Positions 1 through 10,500 of a stretch of 64,000 nt of DNA are shown here, piece by piece. Numbering within the stretch: position 1 is the stretch's first letter; every line of letters starts with the position of its first letter. This stretch comes from an uncultured candidate division Zixibacteria bacterium (GTDB lineage Bacteria; Zixibacteria; MSB-5A5; GN15; FEB-12): positions 544,001 to 608,000 of the forward strand of contig CAVTJJ010000003.1 of the NCBI GenBank assembly GCA_963735035.1. Direction: 5' to 3'. The position numbers were made by a program, and so were the translations under genes. The notes under the pieces are model-generated. The model did no database searches, had not been told where the DNA came from, and worked only from the letters and a program-made list of their open reading frames with translations.

Positions 1-76
1 CCACGAAACTAATAACGAAATCCCTGGCCTTGGTCTGCCGTGGGTCCTTCTGCGAATATACGAATCCTATGTCCAT
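1..76 (-). CDS. 5' end of a hypothetical protein running off the window edge (MDIGFVYSQKDPRQTKARDFVISFV...)
   Basis: ATG at 76-74 preceded by AGGGA; open frame to the window edge; same strand as selD. Confidence 0.45.
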   Translation of the reverse strand, partial: MDIGFVYSQKDPRQTKARDFVISFV

Positions 77-204
77 AAGTACTTCCCTGTGTGATTAAAC
101 AGTCAATCCGCAGATGAAGATCAACAACAACCGTATATTTTACAACTACGAGTTCCAGAACAATGTGCCCCGATAATAAAAATGCTCAGAAAAAGACATC
201 GGTT

Positions 205-530
205 AGCCGTAGGTCAGATCCGTCTTCGAACCTGCCACGGCGGTTTCCGCCGTTCTTCCCATGGCGGGCTTGAAGCAAGCCCTTCCTACAACAAATTGCT
301 ACACGATTGGTCCGCTATTCGAGTTTTGCCGTGGGACGGGGCGCAACTTCTCTTCTGTCTTGCCCCGCTTTAGGCGGGGCACCCAGGGATTGTGGAGTCG
401 GCTGCGTAAGAGAAAGTCCACTTGCCACCGAGCAGTATCTATACGAGCCGGCAGATGTGGGCATCTGCCGGGCACCGTATCTGGAAGCGTCAGGTCACAT
501 CCCGCCCAAGGGCGGGACAGGACCTGACGC
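205..530. repeat. Intergenic mosaic of REP-like palindromes
   Basis: Contains CCGGCAGATGTGGGCATCTGCCGGGCAC (448-475), GCGTCAGGTC...GACCTGACGC (487-530) and GGCGGG..GAAGCAA..CC.CCTAC, all recurring elsewhere in the window. Confidence 0.75.
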
Positions 531-542
531 AACCAACAATGG

Positions 543-1598
543 CTACAGGACCGAAATAACTTTGTCGGCGCGTGGTGTGACCTCGCCCACGACCGTCGCG
601 GGCAGTCCAGCCACCTGTAAGGCCTGAGAAAACGTCTCAGCCCGATCCGACGGGATAGCAATCAGCAGTCCGCCGGACGTTTGCGGATCGTACAAGACCT
701 GTTCGAGTGACTTCCTCACCCCCGAAGCCATGTCCACCCGATCCTGGAGCCAGGAACGGTTATCATTTGCCCCGCCCGGGTTGACTCCCTCGCCGGCGAG
801 ACGTTCGGCCTCGGGAAGGATCGGCAGTCGGTCGGCGAAGAACCGAAGGCTCGTCCCCGATGCTTCAGCCATTTCCATGGCGTGGCCGAGCAGGCCGAAA
901 CCGGTTATATCAGTGGCCGCGTGAACACCGTATTGGACCATCAACACCGCGGCAGTCCGGTTGAGTGCAGCCATCTGGCGGATGACCAGGTTGGCCAGTT
1001 CGGCGGAGACAACATTGCGTTTGATGCCGGTTGTAATAATACCGGTCCCGAGCGCCTTGGTCAAAAAGAGCTGGTCGCCCGGTTTCGCGCCGGCGTTGGT
1101 GACGATCTTGTTCGGGTCGATTATCCCCGTGACCGCCACGCCGTATTTCAGTTCTTTGTCTTTGATCGAATGACCGCCGACCACCACCGCTCCGGCTTCT
1201 TCGATCTTTTCGTTGCCGCCGCGAAGAATTTCGCCCAGAATTTCCGGAGGCATGGTCGTGACCGGGAAGCAAACGATATTCAGAGCCGTCAGCGGCCGTC
1301 CTCCCATCGCGAATACGTCCGACAGGGCGTTCGCCGCGGCAATCCGGCCGAAATCATACGGGTCATCAACGATCGGCGGGAAAAAGTCCACCGTCTGGAC
1401 CAGAGCTGTCCGCTCGTCGAGGCGAAACACCCCGGCGTCGTCGGCCTTGTTGAACCCGACCAGAAGGTCCGGATGGGTCGACTGCGGCAGGTCTTTGAGC
1501 AGATTGGCCAGGAACCCCGGCCCCAACTTGCTGGCTCAACCCGCGCAGGCGACTTCGGCAGTCAGCTTGATGGTGGTCTCTTTGCGTTTGTCTTCCAC
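543..1598 (-). CDS. selD: Selenide, water dikinase (selenophosphate synthetase), selenocysteine-containing
   Basis: GTG 1598; reads MEDKRKETTIKLTAEVACAG-TGA(1538-1536)-ASKLGPG in frame with ORF 543-1526; motifs DDAGV, QTVDFFPPIVDDPYDFGRIAAANALSDVFAMGG, GGHS, TDITGFGLLGH, DPQTSGGLL. Confidence 0.95.
1506..1522 (-). promoter_or_regulatory. Putative bacterial SECIS hairpin
   Basis: GGCCGGG-GTT-CCTGGCC stem-loop with G-starting loop 20 nt downstream of the in-frame UGA. Confidence 0.65.
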
Positions 1599-1725
1599 GG
1601 TGGAAGGGTAGTAAAGAGAACTTCGCTACGCAAGCTTGAGTCGTCTCCCCCCTGTTCACAAATTGAACACCGCCAAAGACTGGACCTCCGGGCCGTTTTG
1701 GCCGATTACATAGAGAACAGGAGGC

Positions 1726-3924
1726 ATGCGGTCAACTACAGCCGAAACAGGCCACCGAACCGGACTATCCGGGCGGGGCCAAGCGACCGCGCGCCCGGAA
1801 CGGGATGCCAAACAGACGCGCCGGTATATGACTCGTAAGAATTGCACGCTGCGTATCGACGAACTTCTCTTGAAGCAACAACTGGTGACCGAGGACCAGA
1901 TCAGGCTGGCCCTTGACCGCCAGCGTGAGCACGGCGGACGGCTCGGCTCCCACCTGATGAAGCTAGGCTTCATCACCGAGGACCAGTTGTTGAATGTGCT
2001 GACGACCCAGTTCAATTGTCAGTCTGTCTCGATCGTCCAACAGAACATCCCGGTGGAAGTCATCAGGATGCTTCCGGCCAATGTCGCCGTAGCACGCACT
2101 GTGATTCCATTCGCCTATGATCCGTCGCATGACCTTCTGAGTATAGCCTGCGAGGACCCAACCAACACTGACCTAGAATCCGAATTGAAATTTGTCACCG
2201 GTGGCAAGAATATCCGTCTGTTCGTGGCAGCAGAGTTGTCGCTTCGCGCAGCCATATCCAAACACTACACCGCGAATACTTCCACCGGGCGGGTAGCCGT
2301 CGTAACCGAGAGCGTCGTGGCCCAGCAGGCCGATTGGTCGTCGGGCAGCACAACCGTTCTGGTAGTCAGTGATGATCTCAACGGCGACAAACCGCTGGTG
2401 CAGGCGCTCAAGAACGAAGAGTTCCAGGTAATCTGCACCGAGTCGGCCGATGACGCCATCGATCTTATCGGTACCCACCGATTCTTTGCGGTGTTCATCC
2501 GCGATACGGTACCGGGCGATTATATCGACCTGATCGACCGGCTGCGCAAAGTCTCGCCCCGTACCAAAGTACGCTACTACGAATCGGCCGCCCAGATGCT
2601 GATTCATGAAACCGGCTACAAAGAGTCTGAAGATCTTTTGATCAAGAGTACTCAGTTGTTCACCGCGCTGCTGGCCGCCCGCGACCATTCATCCCACAAC
2701 CATGCGGCAGTCGTGGGTCGATATGTCGATCGGTTGTGTCGCCAGCTCGGACTCCCGGAAAAAGATCGATTGAGCGTTGTCGACGCCGCCTATTTGCACG
2801 ATGTCTCGCGCTACTACTACGGTGAATCACAGGCCGCCCCCGATTGCCGCACGCGCGTCCCGATGTCCGCCAAGCTGCTCGATTCGCTGAACTTCCCGCC
2901 GCTGGTAGTCGGGATGCTGAAGTCGATGTACATCGACCTTGAGCAGAAATACACTCGTCGCCTGCCGATTGAAGCGCTCGGCGGGAATATCCTGACCATC
3001 GTGGATGTGTTCTGTGAGAATGTGTCGTTCGACCGCCGGCTGTCGCTCGACAAATTCGAAAAAGTCCGGTCGAATCTGGAGTCGATGTCCGGCCGGTTGT
3101 TCCTGAAAGAAGTCACCACGGCTTTTGTGGAGTTAATCGAGCAGGAGATTCTCGACGATTCCCCGGTGCAGGACGGCACCCACAACCAGGTCTTGCTCTA
3201 TTGCGATGACAAGGGCTACCTCGAAAGTGTGACTGACCGGCTTCGCGACGAAGGCTTCCGGCCGCTGGCCATGGACAATATCGATAAGTTTACGGTCATG
3301 TACCGACGGTCGCGCCCTGACATCATTGTTCTTATAGAAAAGTCGGATGCCGCCAAGGCCCGTCAGACTGTCACAACCATAACTGAAAAGGGCGTCGACA
3401 TCCGTCAAGTGCCAACGTTCCTCGTTTCCTCCGGTCAGGCAGCGTCAGAACTGGCGGCCATGCTTGAACTGGGTCTCGAGGATGTGGTCGCGATCGAGAA
3501 CTCGCTCGATCTGCTAGTCGTCAAACTTCAGAAACTTCGCGCTCGAATCGCCCAGTCGGCGCATTCGGAACTGAAAATGGACGTCCACTCCCCGACTGTT
3601 ACATCCGGAAATATCGAAGACATGAACCTGGTCGATTTGATACAGGCGATGGGACCCGGCGGGCGAACCGCCAAGATCAGAGTCATGTCGACGCAGGGCA
3701 AGCTGACCGTCTGTTTGGATAGAGGCCGTATCATCTACGCTGAGAGCGACGACAAAACCGGCGCCGAGGCGGTTTACGATGCCGTCATGTGGCGCACCGG
3801 TAAATGGGTGGTCCAGACGCTCAAAGAAGATGAACTGCCGGAGCCAAACAACGATTCCGCCAACGAGGCGATCCTTATGGAAGGGTGCCGCCGCCTCGAC
3901 GAGATGTCCCGCGCCGGACAGTGA
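1726..3924 (+). CDS. Multidomain signalling protein: MshEN/GspE-N, REC-like, degenerate HD-GYP-like, REC-like, DUF4388-like
   Basis: RIDELLLKQQLVTEDQIRLALDRQ..RLGSHLMKLGFITEDQL tandem MshEN-type motif; AAYLHDV; C-terminal SGNIEDMNLVDLIQ...ILMEGCRRLDE; start may be ATG 1828. Confidence 0.8.
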   Translation: MRSTTAETGHRTGLSGRGQATARPERDAKQTRRYMTRKNCTLRIDELLLKQQLVTEDQIRLALDRQREHGGRLGSHLMKLGFITEDQLLNVLTTQFNCQSVSIVQQNIPVEVIRMLPANVAVARTVIPFAYDPSHDLLSIACEDPTNTDLESELKFVTGGKNIRLFVAAELSLRAAISKHYTANTSTGRVAVVTESVVAQQADWSSGSTTVLVVSDDLNGDKPLVQALKNEEFQVICTESADDAIDLIGTHRFFAVFIRDTVPGDYIDLIDRLRKVSPRTKVRYYESAAQMLIHETGYKESEDLLIKSTQLFTALLAARDHSSHNHAAVVGRYVDRLCRQLGLPEKDRLSVVDAAYLHDVSRYYYGESQAAPDCRTRVPMSAKLLDSLNFPPLVVGMLKSMYIDLEQKYTRRLPIEALGGNILTIVDVFCENVSFDRRLSLDKFEKVRSNLESMSGRLFLKEVTTAFVELIEQEILDDSPVQDGTHNQVLLYCDDKGYLESVTDRLRDEGFRPLAMDNIDKFTVMYRRSRPDIIVLIEKSDAAKARQTVTTITEKGVDIRQVPTFLVSSGQAASELAAMLELGLEDVVAIENSLDLLVVKLQKLRARIAQSAHSELKMDVHSPTVTSGNIEDMNLVDLIQAMGPGGRTAKIRVMSTQGKLTVCLDRGRIIYAESDDKTGAEAVYDAVMWRTGKWVVQTLKEDELPEPNNDSANEAILMEGCRRLDEMSRAGQ

Positions 3925-4070
3925 CTCTCACCGGCGTTTCCCTCACTCACTTATAAACGTCATTGCGAGGTCGCCCTTGGCGGCCGTGGCAATCTCTATT
4001 GTTGTAGGTCGGGACCCTGGTGCCTGCTCGCTACTTAGCAGACGGCCGTAAGGCCGTCATTCCTGCGAAG

Positions 4071-4223
4071 GGGCATGTTGAAAAACCCCCCCCGAATGTT
4101 GTTGCGTCAGGTCCTGCGCCGCCAAAGGCGGCGTGTGACCTGACGCGTTGCAGCGACTTAGGAAATCACTATCGTGCGTGGAATGATTCGAATTGAGCCA
4201 AGAGAGGCTTTTTCAACAGGCCC
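4071..4223. mobile_element. MITE-like non-autonomous element, copy 1
   Basis: Terminal inverted repeats GGGCATGTTGAAAAA / TTTTTCAACAGGCCC; near-identical copy at 43653-43803. Confidence 0.7.
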
Positions 4224-4321
4224 CTCCGCGGGTATGACGGGGCTGGCGCCCCGTTCTTTATCTCCGCAAAGAAGTTGGCAAGTCTGAAGCAAACCTGCCC
4301 ACAATAATTGTTTCCGCTCCC

Positions 4322-5353
4322 CTACTCCCCAAACCGCTGCAGATAATTAATCTTCGCGCTCTGACGACTGCGCGTCTCATCCGAAATACGAGCCTCGTAT
4401 GACCGGTAATGCTCTACGGTCGCTTTCAGATTGGCATCATCCGTCAGCCAGGTGCAGCATTGCGCCAGATGCCAATCACATTCGATCAGATTGAAATAGT
4501 TGCCGGGCGAACTATCGAGCCGGGTTCGCAATTCCAGAAAAGCGCGGGCCGCCTCGCCGTAGTGGGTCTGAAGAAACCGCGCCTGTGCAATCGGCCACAG
4601 GAAGGTATGGCCGTCGGGGTATCGTTTGACAAAATCCTCGGCCAGAGTCACGGCCGCGTCGTATTCCTTCTCATCAATGTATATCCAGATCAGAGCGCTT
4701 CGCGAAAGCTCGCGATGAAGCAGTGACGAGTCCGCCGCCCGGCGGAGTTCCGCGATACCCTTGTCCTTTTCATCCTTGAACAACCCGATCCAGCGCAGCA
4801 TCCCCGCCTTAGCCGATTTCCAGTAATGATACGAGCCGATCCCCATGTAGAGATCATACAACGAACTGTCGCGGCTCAACCCGGCTTCGTACTCGTCGAT
4901 ACTGGCCATGCCCATCTTGAGCGCCGCCATCGATGAACCGAACTTTGATTCGTACAGTGATCCGTAGGCCCGCGCGTGACCGCGCCAGAGGTACATCCAG
5001 GCGGCGGTGGGATTATTACAGGTATCAAGGATGCGGTCAGTCAGCGACACCACCGAGTCGAGCAACTGCCGGAAGAGCGCGCCGTTAACGTTCTCCTCGC
5101 GATCAGACATATCGGCAAATAGTGCCCCCGCCCGGAAGAGGTAGCCCGCCGGGTCCTGGGTACGAGCGGCGATCTCGGCCTGGTAGATCGAATCGACCTG
5201 AGCGAACCGGTCGTTGAAGAGCAGGCTTTGTGTCTCCAGAACCGTCCGAACGTATGTGCTGTCGAGCTGGGCGGACTGAGCGTGCATCAAAGGAGCAACC
5301 AGGTAGATTGCGATCGATAACAGGCTGCTTAAGAGTCTTCCTCGGGCGGACAT
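4322..5353 (-). CDS. Secreted TPR-like protein
   Basis: Signal peptide (MSARGRLLSSLLSIAIYLVAPLMHA) followed by alpha-helical TPR-like repeats; ORF open to 5458. Confidence 0.7.
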   Translation of the reverse strand: MSARGRLLSSLLSIAIYLVAPLMHAQSAQLDSTYVRTVLETQSLLFNDRFAQVDSIYQAEIAARTQDPAGYLFRAGALFADMSDREENVNGALFRQLLDSVVSLTDRILDTCNNPTAAWMYLWRGHARAYGSLYESKFGSSMAALKMGMASIDEYEAGLSRDSSLYDLYMGIGSYHYWKSAKAGMLRWIGLFKDEKDKGIAELRRAADSSLLHRELSRSALIWIYIDEKEYDAAVTLAEDFVKRYPDGHTFLWPIAQARFLQTHYGEAARAFLELRTRLDSSPGNYFNLIECDWHLAQCCTWLTDDANLKATVEHYRSYEARISDETRSRQSAKINYLQRFGE

Positions 5354-5584
5354 TCGGCCTAACCTAGGCCCGGACGAGCCGAAGGCAATTAAAAAACCGG
5401 CGCGTCCGTTGCGCCGGCACGAGACATCATGATCGGTTGTGTCAGTTCCTGCGACCACGATTTATCGGGGTCGTGTGAACTGACACCTGCTATCAGGCAT
5501 AGACAATGGCGGCAGGTCACACCCACCTGCGGTGGGCAGGACCTGCCGCAACCATGACCTATTCGTTCGTAGCTTTACACCTAA

Positions 5585-6406
5585 CTAAATCGGATTACGG
5601 TCGGGGAAGAAATCGAGCAGATCGACATCCCGATTCGAGCTCGCCGTCACGATCAGAGCGTTGCCGACCTGACGATATACCAACCGGCAGCCACGACAAT
5701 TATGGTCGTAGAATTTGGCGCCATTGCGATGTACGATGGTCTCGATTAATTCTTCCGGAACGGTCAGGAGGTCTTCGTCAATAACGAATACCGACACGAA
5801 ATGATCGTCGTTGTGGTAAATGAAATGAACCAGCGGGATGTTGTCCACCGTCTCGACCTGCCCGCCGATGAGTGTGAACGTTTTCACTTTCTCGGCTACA
5901 TCGTAGGATAGATTTTGCTGTGAAGTCGAGCGAGCCAGAGTCGTGGTGGCTTGGTCGCTATAGCCATCGTGATTATCAACCGCCGCCGCGTGTGATTGCT
6001 CCAGCGGCAGATAAGCGCCGTGAGTGTCGAAAACCGCCCGGCCGACAAAATAAGCGCCGATAACGACTACCAGCGACGCCGCAACAGCAAGCGCCCAGCC
6101 AAGCCGGAAAGCCGGTTTGGCAGGGTAATCATTTTTTTTTTCAAAGGAGGGTGACAGGGGACGATTTTCGCCATCGACCCGGTCGAGTTCGGCCAGTACC
6201 TTGAATTTCAGCGTGTCCAGCTTAGGCGTGGCCTGTCGATGCGCCAGCTTCTCCTGAATCAACTCGTTGACTGAACGCTCGAGCCGATAGACGCCGGAAC
6301 AGTCCTTGCAATTGCGCAGGTGTTCTTCTACTTCTTTGGCGTCGATTTCAGAGGCTTCTTTATCAATTATTTCATAGAGAAGATTGAGCGCTTCCTGGCA
6401 ATTCAT
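5585..6406 (-). CDS. Zinc-binding (zf-HC2/ZAS) membrane-anchored anti-sigma factor
   Basis: MNC...HLRNCKDC motif, one TM helix, extracytoplasmic domain; overlaps the sigma stop codon by 4 nt. Confidence 0.9.
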   Translation of the reverse strand: MNCQEALNLLYEIIDKEASEIDAKEVEEHLRNCKDCSGVYRLERSVNELIQEKLAHRQATPKLDTLKFKVLAELDRVDGENRPLSPSFEKKNDYPAKPAFRLGWALAVAASLVVVIGAYFVGRAVFDTHGAYLPLEQSHAAAVDNHDGYSDQATTTLARSTSQQNLSYDVAEKVKTFTLIGGQVETVDNIPLVHFIYHNDDHFVSVFVIDEDLLTVPEELIETIVHRNGAKFYDHNCRGCRLVYRQVGNALIVTASSNRDVDLLDFFPDRNPI

Positions 6407-6990
6407 TTAGCGAGGTCCTTGATGTAACCGTTCTTGACTGCGTAATCATAAAGCTTCTTTTGCAGGAGCTTCCGGCCGCGATGCAGGCGCGATTTTACCG
6501 TCCCTAGTTGAAGATCGACAATATCAGCAATCTCCTGATACGAGAAATCTTCCAGGAACGACAAGACCACTACTAACCTGAAATCATCCGGCAACTCCTC
6601 GATAGCCTTCTTGACGTCATCGTCAAAAATCTTCGCGAACAACTGCTCTTCCGGATTCTTATCCGGAGTCAGCGACGACAACTGTCCGTAGAGGAAGTTG
6701 TCATCGATATCATCCAGATTCACCGACACCGGCGTTCGAGACTTGGACCGATATTCATTGATGAATATGTTGGTCATGATCTTGAACAGCCAGGCGCGAC
6801 AGTTCGAACCCGGTTCGAACTTGTCCCAGAAGCGGTACGATTTGACCATCGTCTCCTGGACGAGATCTTCCGCGTCGGACTGATTCTTGGTCATTCTCAG
6901 TGCCGTGCGGTAGAGCGCGTCCATGTGAGGCAACGCCTCATTTTCGAACTGCTTCCGCTTGTCGAGCTGCTTGGTTGAACCTTCGGGCAT
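6403..6990 (-). CDS. ECF RNA polymerase sigma-70 factor (SigR/SigH-like)
   Basis: FENEALPHMDALYRTALRMT..DAEDLVQET, AWLFKIMTN, FSYQEIADIVDLQLGTVKSRLHRGR. Confidence 0.95.
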   Translation of the reverse strand: MPEGSTKQLDKRKQFENEALPHMDALYRTALRMTKNQSDAEDLVQETMVKSYRFWDKFEPGSNCRAWLFKIMTNIFINEYRSKSRTPVSVNLDDIDDNFLYGQLSSLTPDKNPEEQLFAKIFDDDVKKAIEELPDDFRLVVVLSFLEDFSYQEIADIVDLQLGTVKSRLHRGRKLLQKKLYDYAVKNGYIKDLAK

Positions 6991-7043
6991 ACTATCGACC
7001 CCTTACGCCCAAAAGTTCGTTGCTTTCGCAACCTATGTGTCTA

Positions 7044-7069
7044 AACAGTCGGTTCACTGGTGAAGTTCC
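7044..7069 (-). promoter_or_regulatory. Putative autoregulatory ECF promoter GGAAC-N18-GTT
   Basis: Exact SigR/SigH-type spacing about 55 nt upstream of the sigma start. Confidence 0.65.
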
Positions 7070-7563
7070 CGCTACGGTTGTTCGCGTTCTGTCCGGGCAA
7101 TATCCTGTGATCCAGCGTTTTGGACTGCAACGCAGGGTCGGCGGCCGGGCTCTTCGCGCTAGTCAAGATACAATATGGGCGAAAAAGACACAAGTGCCTC
7201 TAATCGCTTAACAGGACCCTTTTTGCCTTCTTTCATTATATTGTACGCTTGTAGTTCCACTTTGATTCAAGTCAAGTGCGGGGAGAATTTACGCGTTTGT
7301 CATGCCCCGGTTTAGCCGGGGCACCCAAGGGTTGAGTGAACCGTGCCCCGCAGATGTCCACATCTGCCGGAATCAGGGCACCCAAGGGTTGTCCAAACGT
7401 CATCCCCGAGAAGTCGGGGACCCAAGGGTGTCCTGATCGGCAGGGTTCCACCCCTGCCGGGGGATGGTGCCCCAGCGCTCGCGCCGGGTTGGTGTTTGAT
7501 TTGAAAAACGTAGGTCAGGCGGACTCGACGCCTGACGTCTTGCAGGTCGGGTTCGCCGCTCCC

Positions 7564-10500
7564 CTACTCGCACCCCACCTTGAAAGCGGCACTTGATATG
7601 AACAGATGGTCGATCATCAGCGAAATATCGCCGATCGTTATGTCACAACGGCCATTCACATCGCCAACCTTCGGGGGATCTATCGGCGTACCACCGATGA
7701 ACAGATGATCGACTAAGAGAGCAATATCGCCAATCGTGCAGTCGTGCGACCGGTTGACGTCACCCAGCGTCCAGGTCCAGAAATCGGACACCGCCGACAT
7801 GCTGAACAGCCCCCCGTTGTCGAGCGCCTTCACTCGCCACCAATAGCGGGTGCTGAACGACAGTGAATCTGCGAAATTGAACACCGTATCGACCAGGTTG
7901 TCGAACGGCACTATCATTGTAAAATTCTGATTGAGCGACAACTCCAGCCGGTATCGGACTTCGTCGAACGGGTCCGGGTCGGTCGCCGCGGTCCAGGTGA
8001 ACGCGGGCAGCATGTCGAACAGAATCAGGTTCTGCCCGATTGGTGCAATAGCAGTTGGCGTACTGGGTGCTTGTGGCATGCCGTTAACTGCGAAGAAGAA
8101 CCAGCTTGACGTGTCCGAGAATTCGTATCCGTCCCAGACGCGACAACGCCACGCGTAGATTGAATCTTCCGCCAAATACTCACTCACGGTCCACCCGGTG
8201 GAATCGGTCTGCTGCGGCACCAGATCGCTGACCATCAGCGGCGACGGATCGCCGGGGCTGTCATAGAGAAGGAACTGGTATGACAGCGAGTCGCTTTCGG
8301 GATCGGTCGAGTTATAGACGTAGAGCGTTGGCTGATACCCGGTAAATGCTCCGTTGTGCGGCGACGCAATGGCTGGCTTGACGGGCAGCGAGTTCATGCG
8401 GAAAGAGGTTTCGTACCAGGGCGTCCATGACCCGTTGAGTTTGGTCCGAACGCGGGCGTAGTACGTGGCGCCATCGAGCAACGTCGCCCCAGCATAGACA
8501 GTAGAAGCTTCTGTGCTTTGGGAGGGGGCCGGATTCCACATTTCCGCATAGGCCCAGTCGTTGTCGGAGCCGACCGCGATTTCGAATTCGGTCTGAGACC
8601 AGCCGAGAGCAGGATCGAAAGTCCAGCCCAATACCGGGGTGTGGCTCATAACATTTGTGGTGGACGGTTCAGCCGGCAGTGCAAGAGTAGCGGCGAGCGT
8701 GCAGGCGACATCGTACGCGCCGATCAACTGCCCGCATGAGTTGTTAGCCGCCGCACAGGGCGAGAAGTTGTATAGTGAGTAGTTGCCGTTGGCGGTATCA
8801 CAGAAGAGCGGATCAAGTGAGATGTTGCCGTTCTGGCCATACTGGTCAGCGATACAGCCGACCCAGTCACCACCGGCGTTTGCGATAACATTGGAGCAAG
8901 ACACAAGCGGCGCGATGCCGCCGTCCTGCAACACTATAGCTGCCCCTTGGCGGCCATCCGCAAATACACATTCTGAAATAGTTGGTGACCCAGTACCATA
9001 CGTGTAACTGCCACAAACAATGTGACTTCCCGTGGTCGCACTATTCCCCACGAAAGTACAGCCAGTCACATCTGATGTGCCCCAAGGTACAACATATAAC
9101 CCGGAAATGGCACCGCCTGCCTGGGCCTCATTTGATTCAAAGACGCACGAGTGAATTGACAAACCTTGAATACACGATCCCGCAATGATCTCAATTCCAG
9201 CCCCTCGAGATGCAACGTTACTCCGAAATCTGCAACGAGAGATTTCAACCGGTATGCTCGAATTGAAGCAACGAAGAGAAATTGCGCCTCCGGACTCAGC
9301 TACATTTCTTTCAAAATAACAACTATCGATGACAAGTCGAGAATCTCCCAACGAGCCCTCCCAGAAGCGCACACCAGCACCGGAACCACTCGTGATGTTC
9401 GCTGTAAACTCGCAATGCAACACTGACAGCTGAATTGGACTATCTTCTACCCATACACCAATTCCAGTCCCATTGCCACCAAACCTGCAGTTCGTGACTA
9501 GGTTTGTACCCCCTCGAAAATACAGTGCATCTCCAACATTGGCCTCAAATGAACACGAGTCAATGTCAGTCACACCTTGACCAAAGGATGCCCCACCGCC
9601 AGCATTGCGATTGATTTTGCAGGAAGTCAGTGCACCTACGTGCGAATACAGCCCTATTCCGCTGTTATCCTCTATTACGCAGTCTTTCAAGATTGCGCTT
9701 CCTGTCGAGACACCTGCTCCCTGATTTTCTCTAATGATACATGAGTCTAAAACTATATCTTGACCCTCCGCGAAGACCGCACTGCCGAAAGCATGCATGA
9801 TCGTAAGCCCGCGAATCGTTGTTGTACCACTAGTTAGCAGGAATCCAACATGCGGGTCGGCTGCCGAGGCATCACAGTCAATGACAGTGTTCTCCGGGCC
9901 ATTCTCCGACCTAACGACAATTACCTTCCCCGACACATCAACGTCGCGATTGCCCTCTCCTGTATATGTCCCATCTGCCACGAGCACTGTATCACCGTTT
10001 AGAGCAACATCAACACCGGCCTGGATTGTTGGTTGGTCAGACGGAACGCGTATTGTAGTCGGAACATGTGGCAAAGCAGTAAGATTCATTATAATCGATA
10101 CAGTGTTGGAGCTTTCGTTGGCCACGGTCAGATCATTGTCACCATCGCTGTCAAGGTCGCTCGAGTATATAGAAAAAGGACCGTCTCCAGCGGCAAAGTT
10201 GACTGCAGCTTCAAACGTCCCGTCACCATTATTCTTCAGAATCGACACGTTGTCAGAGCCTGCATTCGCCGCAACCAGATCGTTGTCACTGTCACGATCA
10301 AGATCAATTGCGAAGACAGCGCGCGGACGATCCCCCGCAACGTAGTTGACAGCGGCTTGAAAGGTCCCGTCACCATTATTCTTCAGAATTGACAAATTGT
10401 CAGAGTCAATGTTCGCCACGGCAAGATCATTGTCGCCGTCGCCATCAACATCGATCGCAAAAACAGAAATGGGCTCCGTGCCAGCCGCGTACTGCACACC

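Noticed and set aside
182..661. Short ORFs across repeat mosaics (also 7336-7596, 11255-11698, 47298-47846, 49498-49920, 51597-52181)
   Set aside because: They are translations of REP palindromes that give the same peptides (e.g. PADVGICRAR) at several loci
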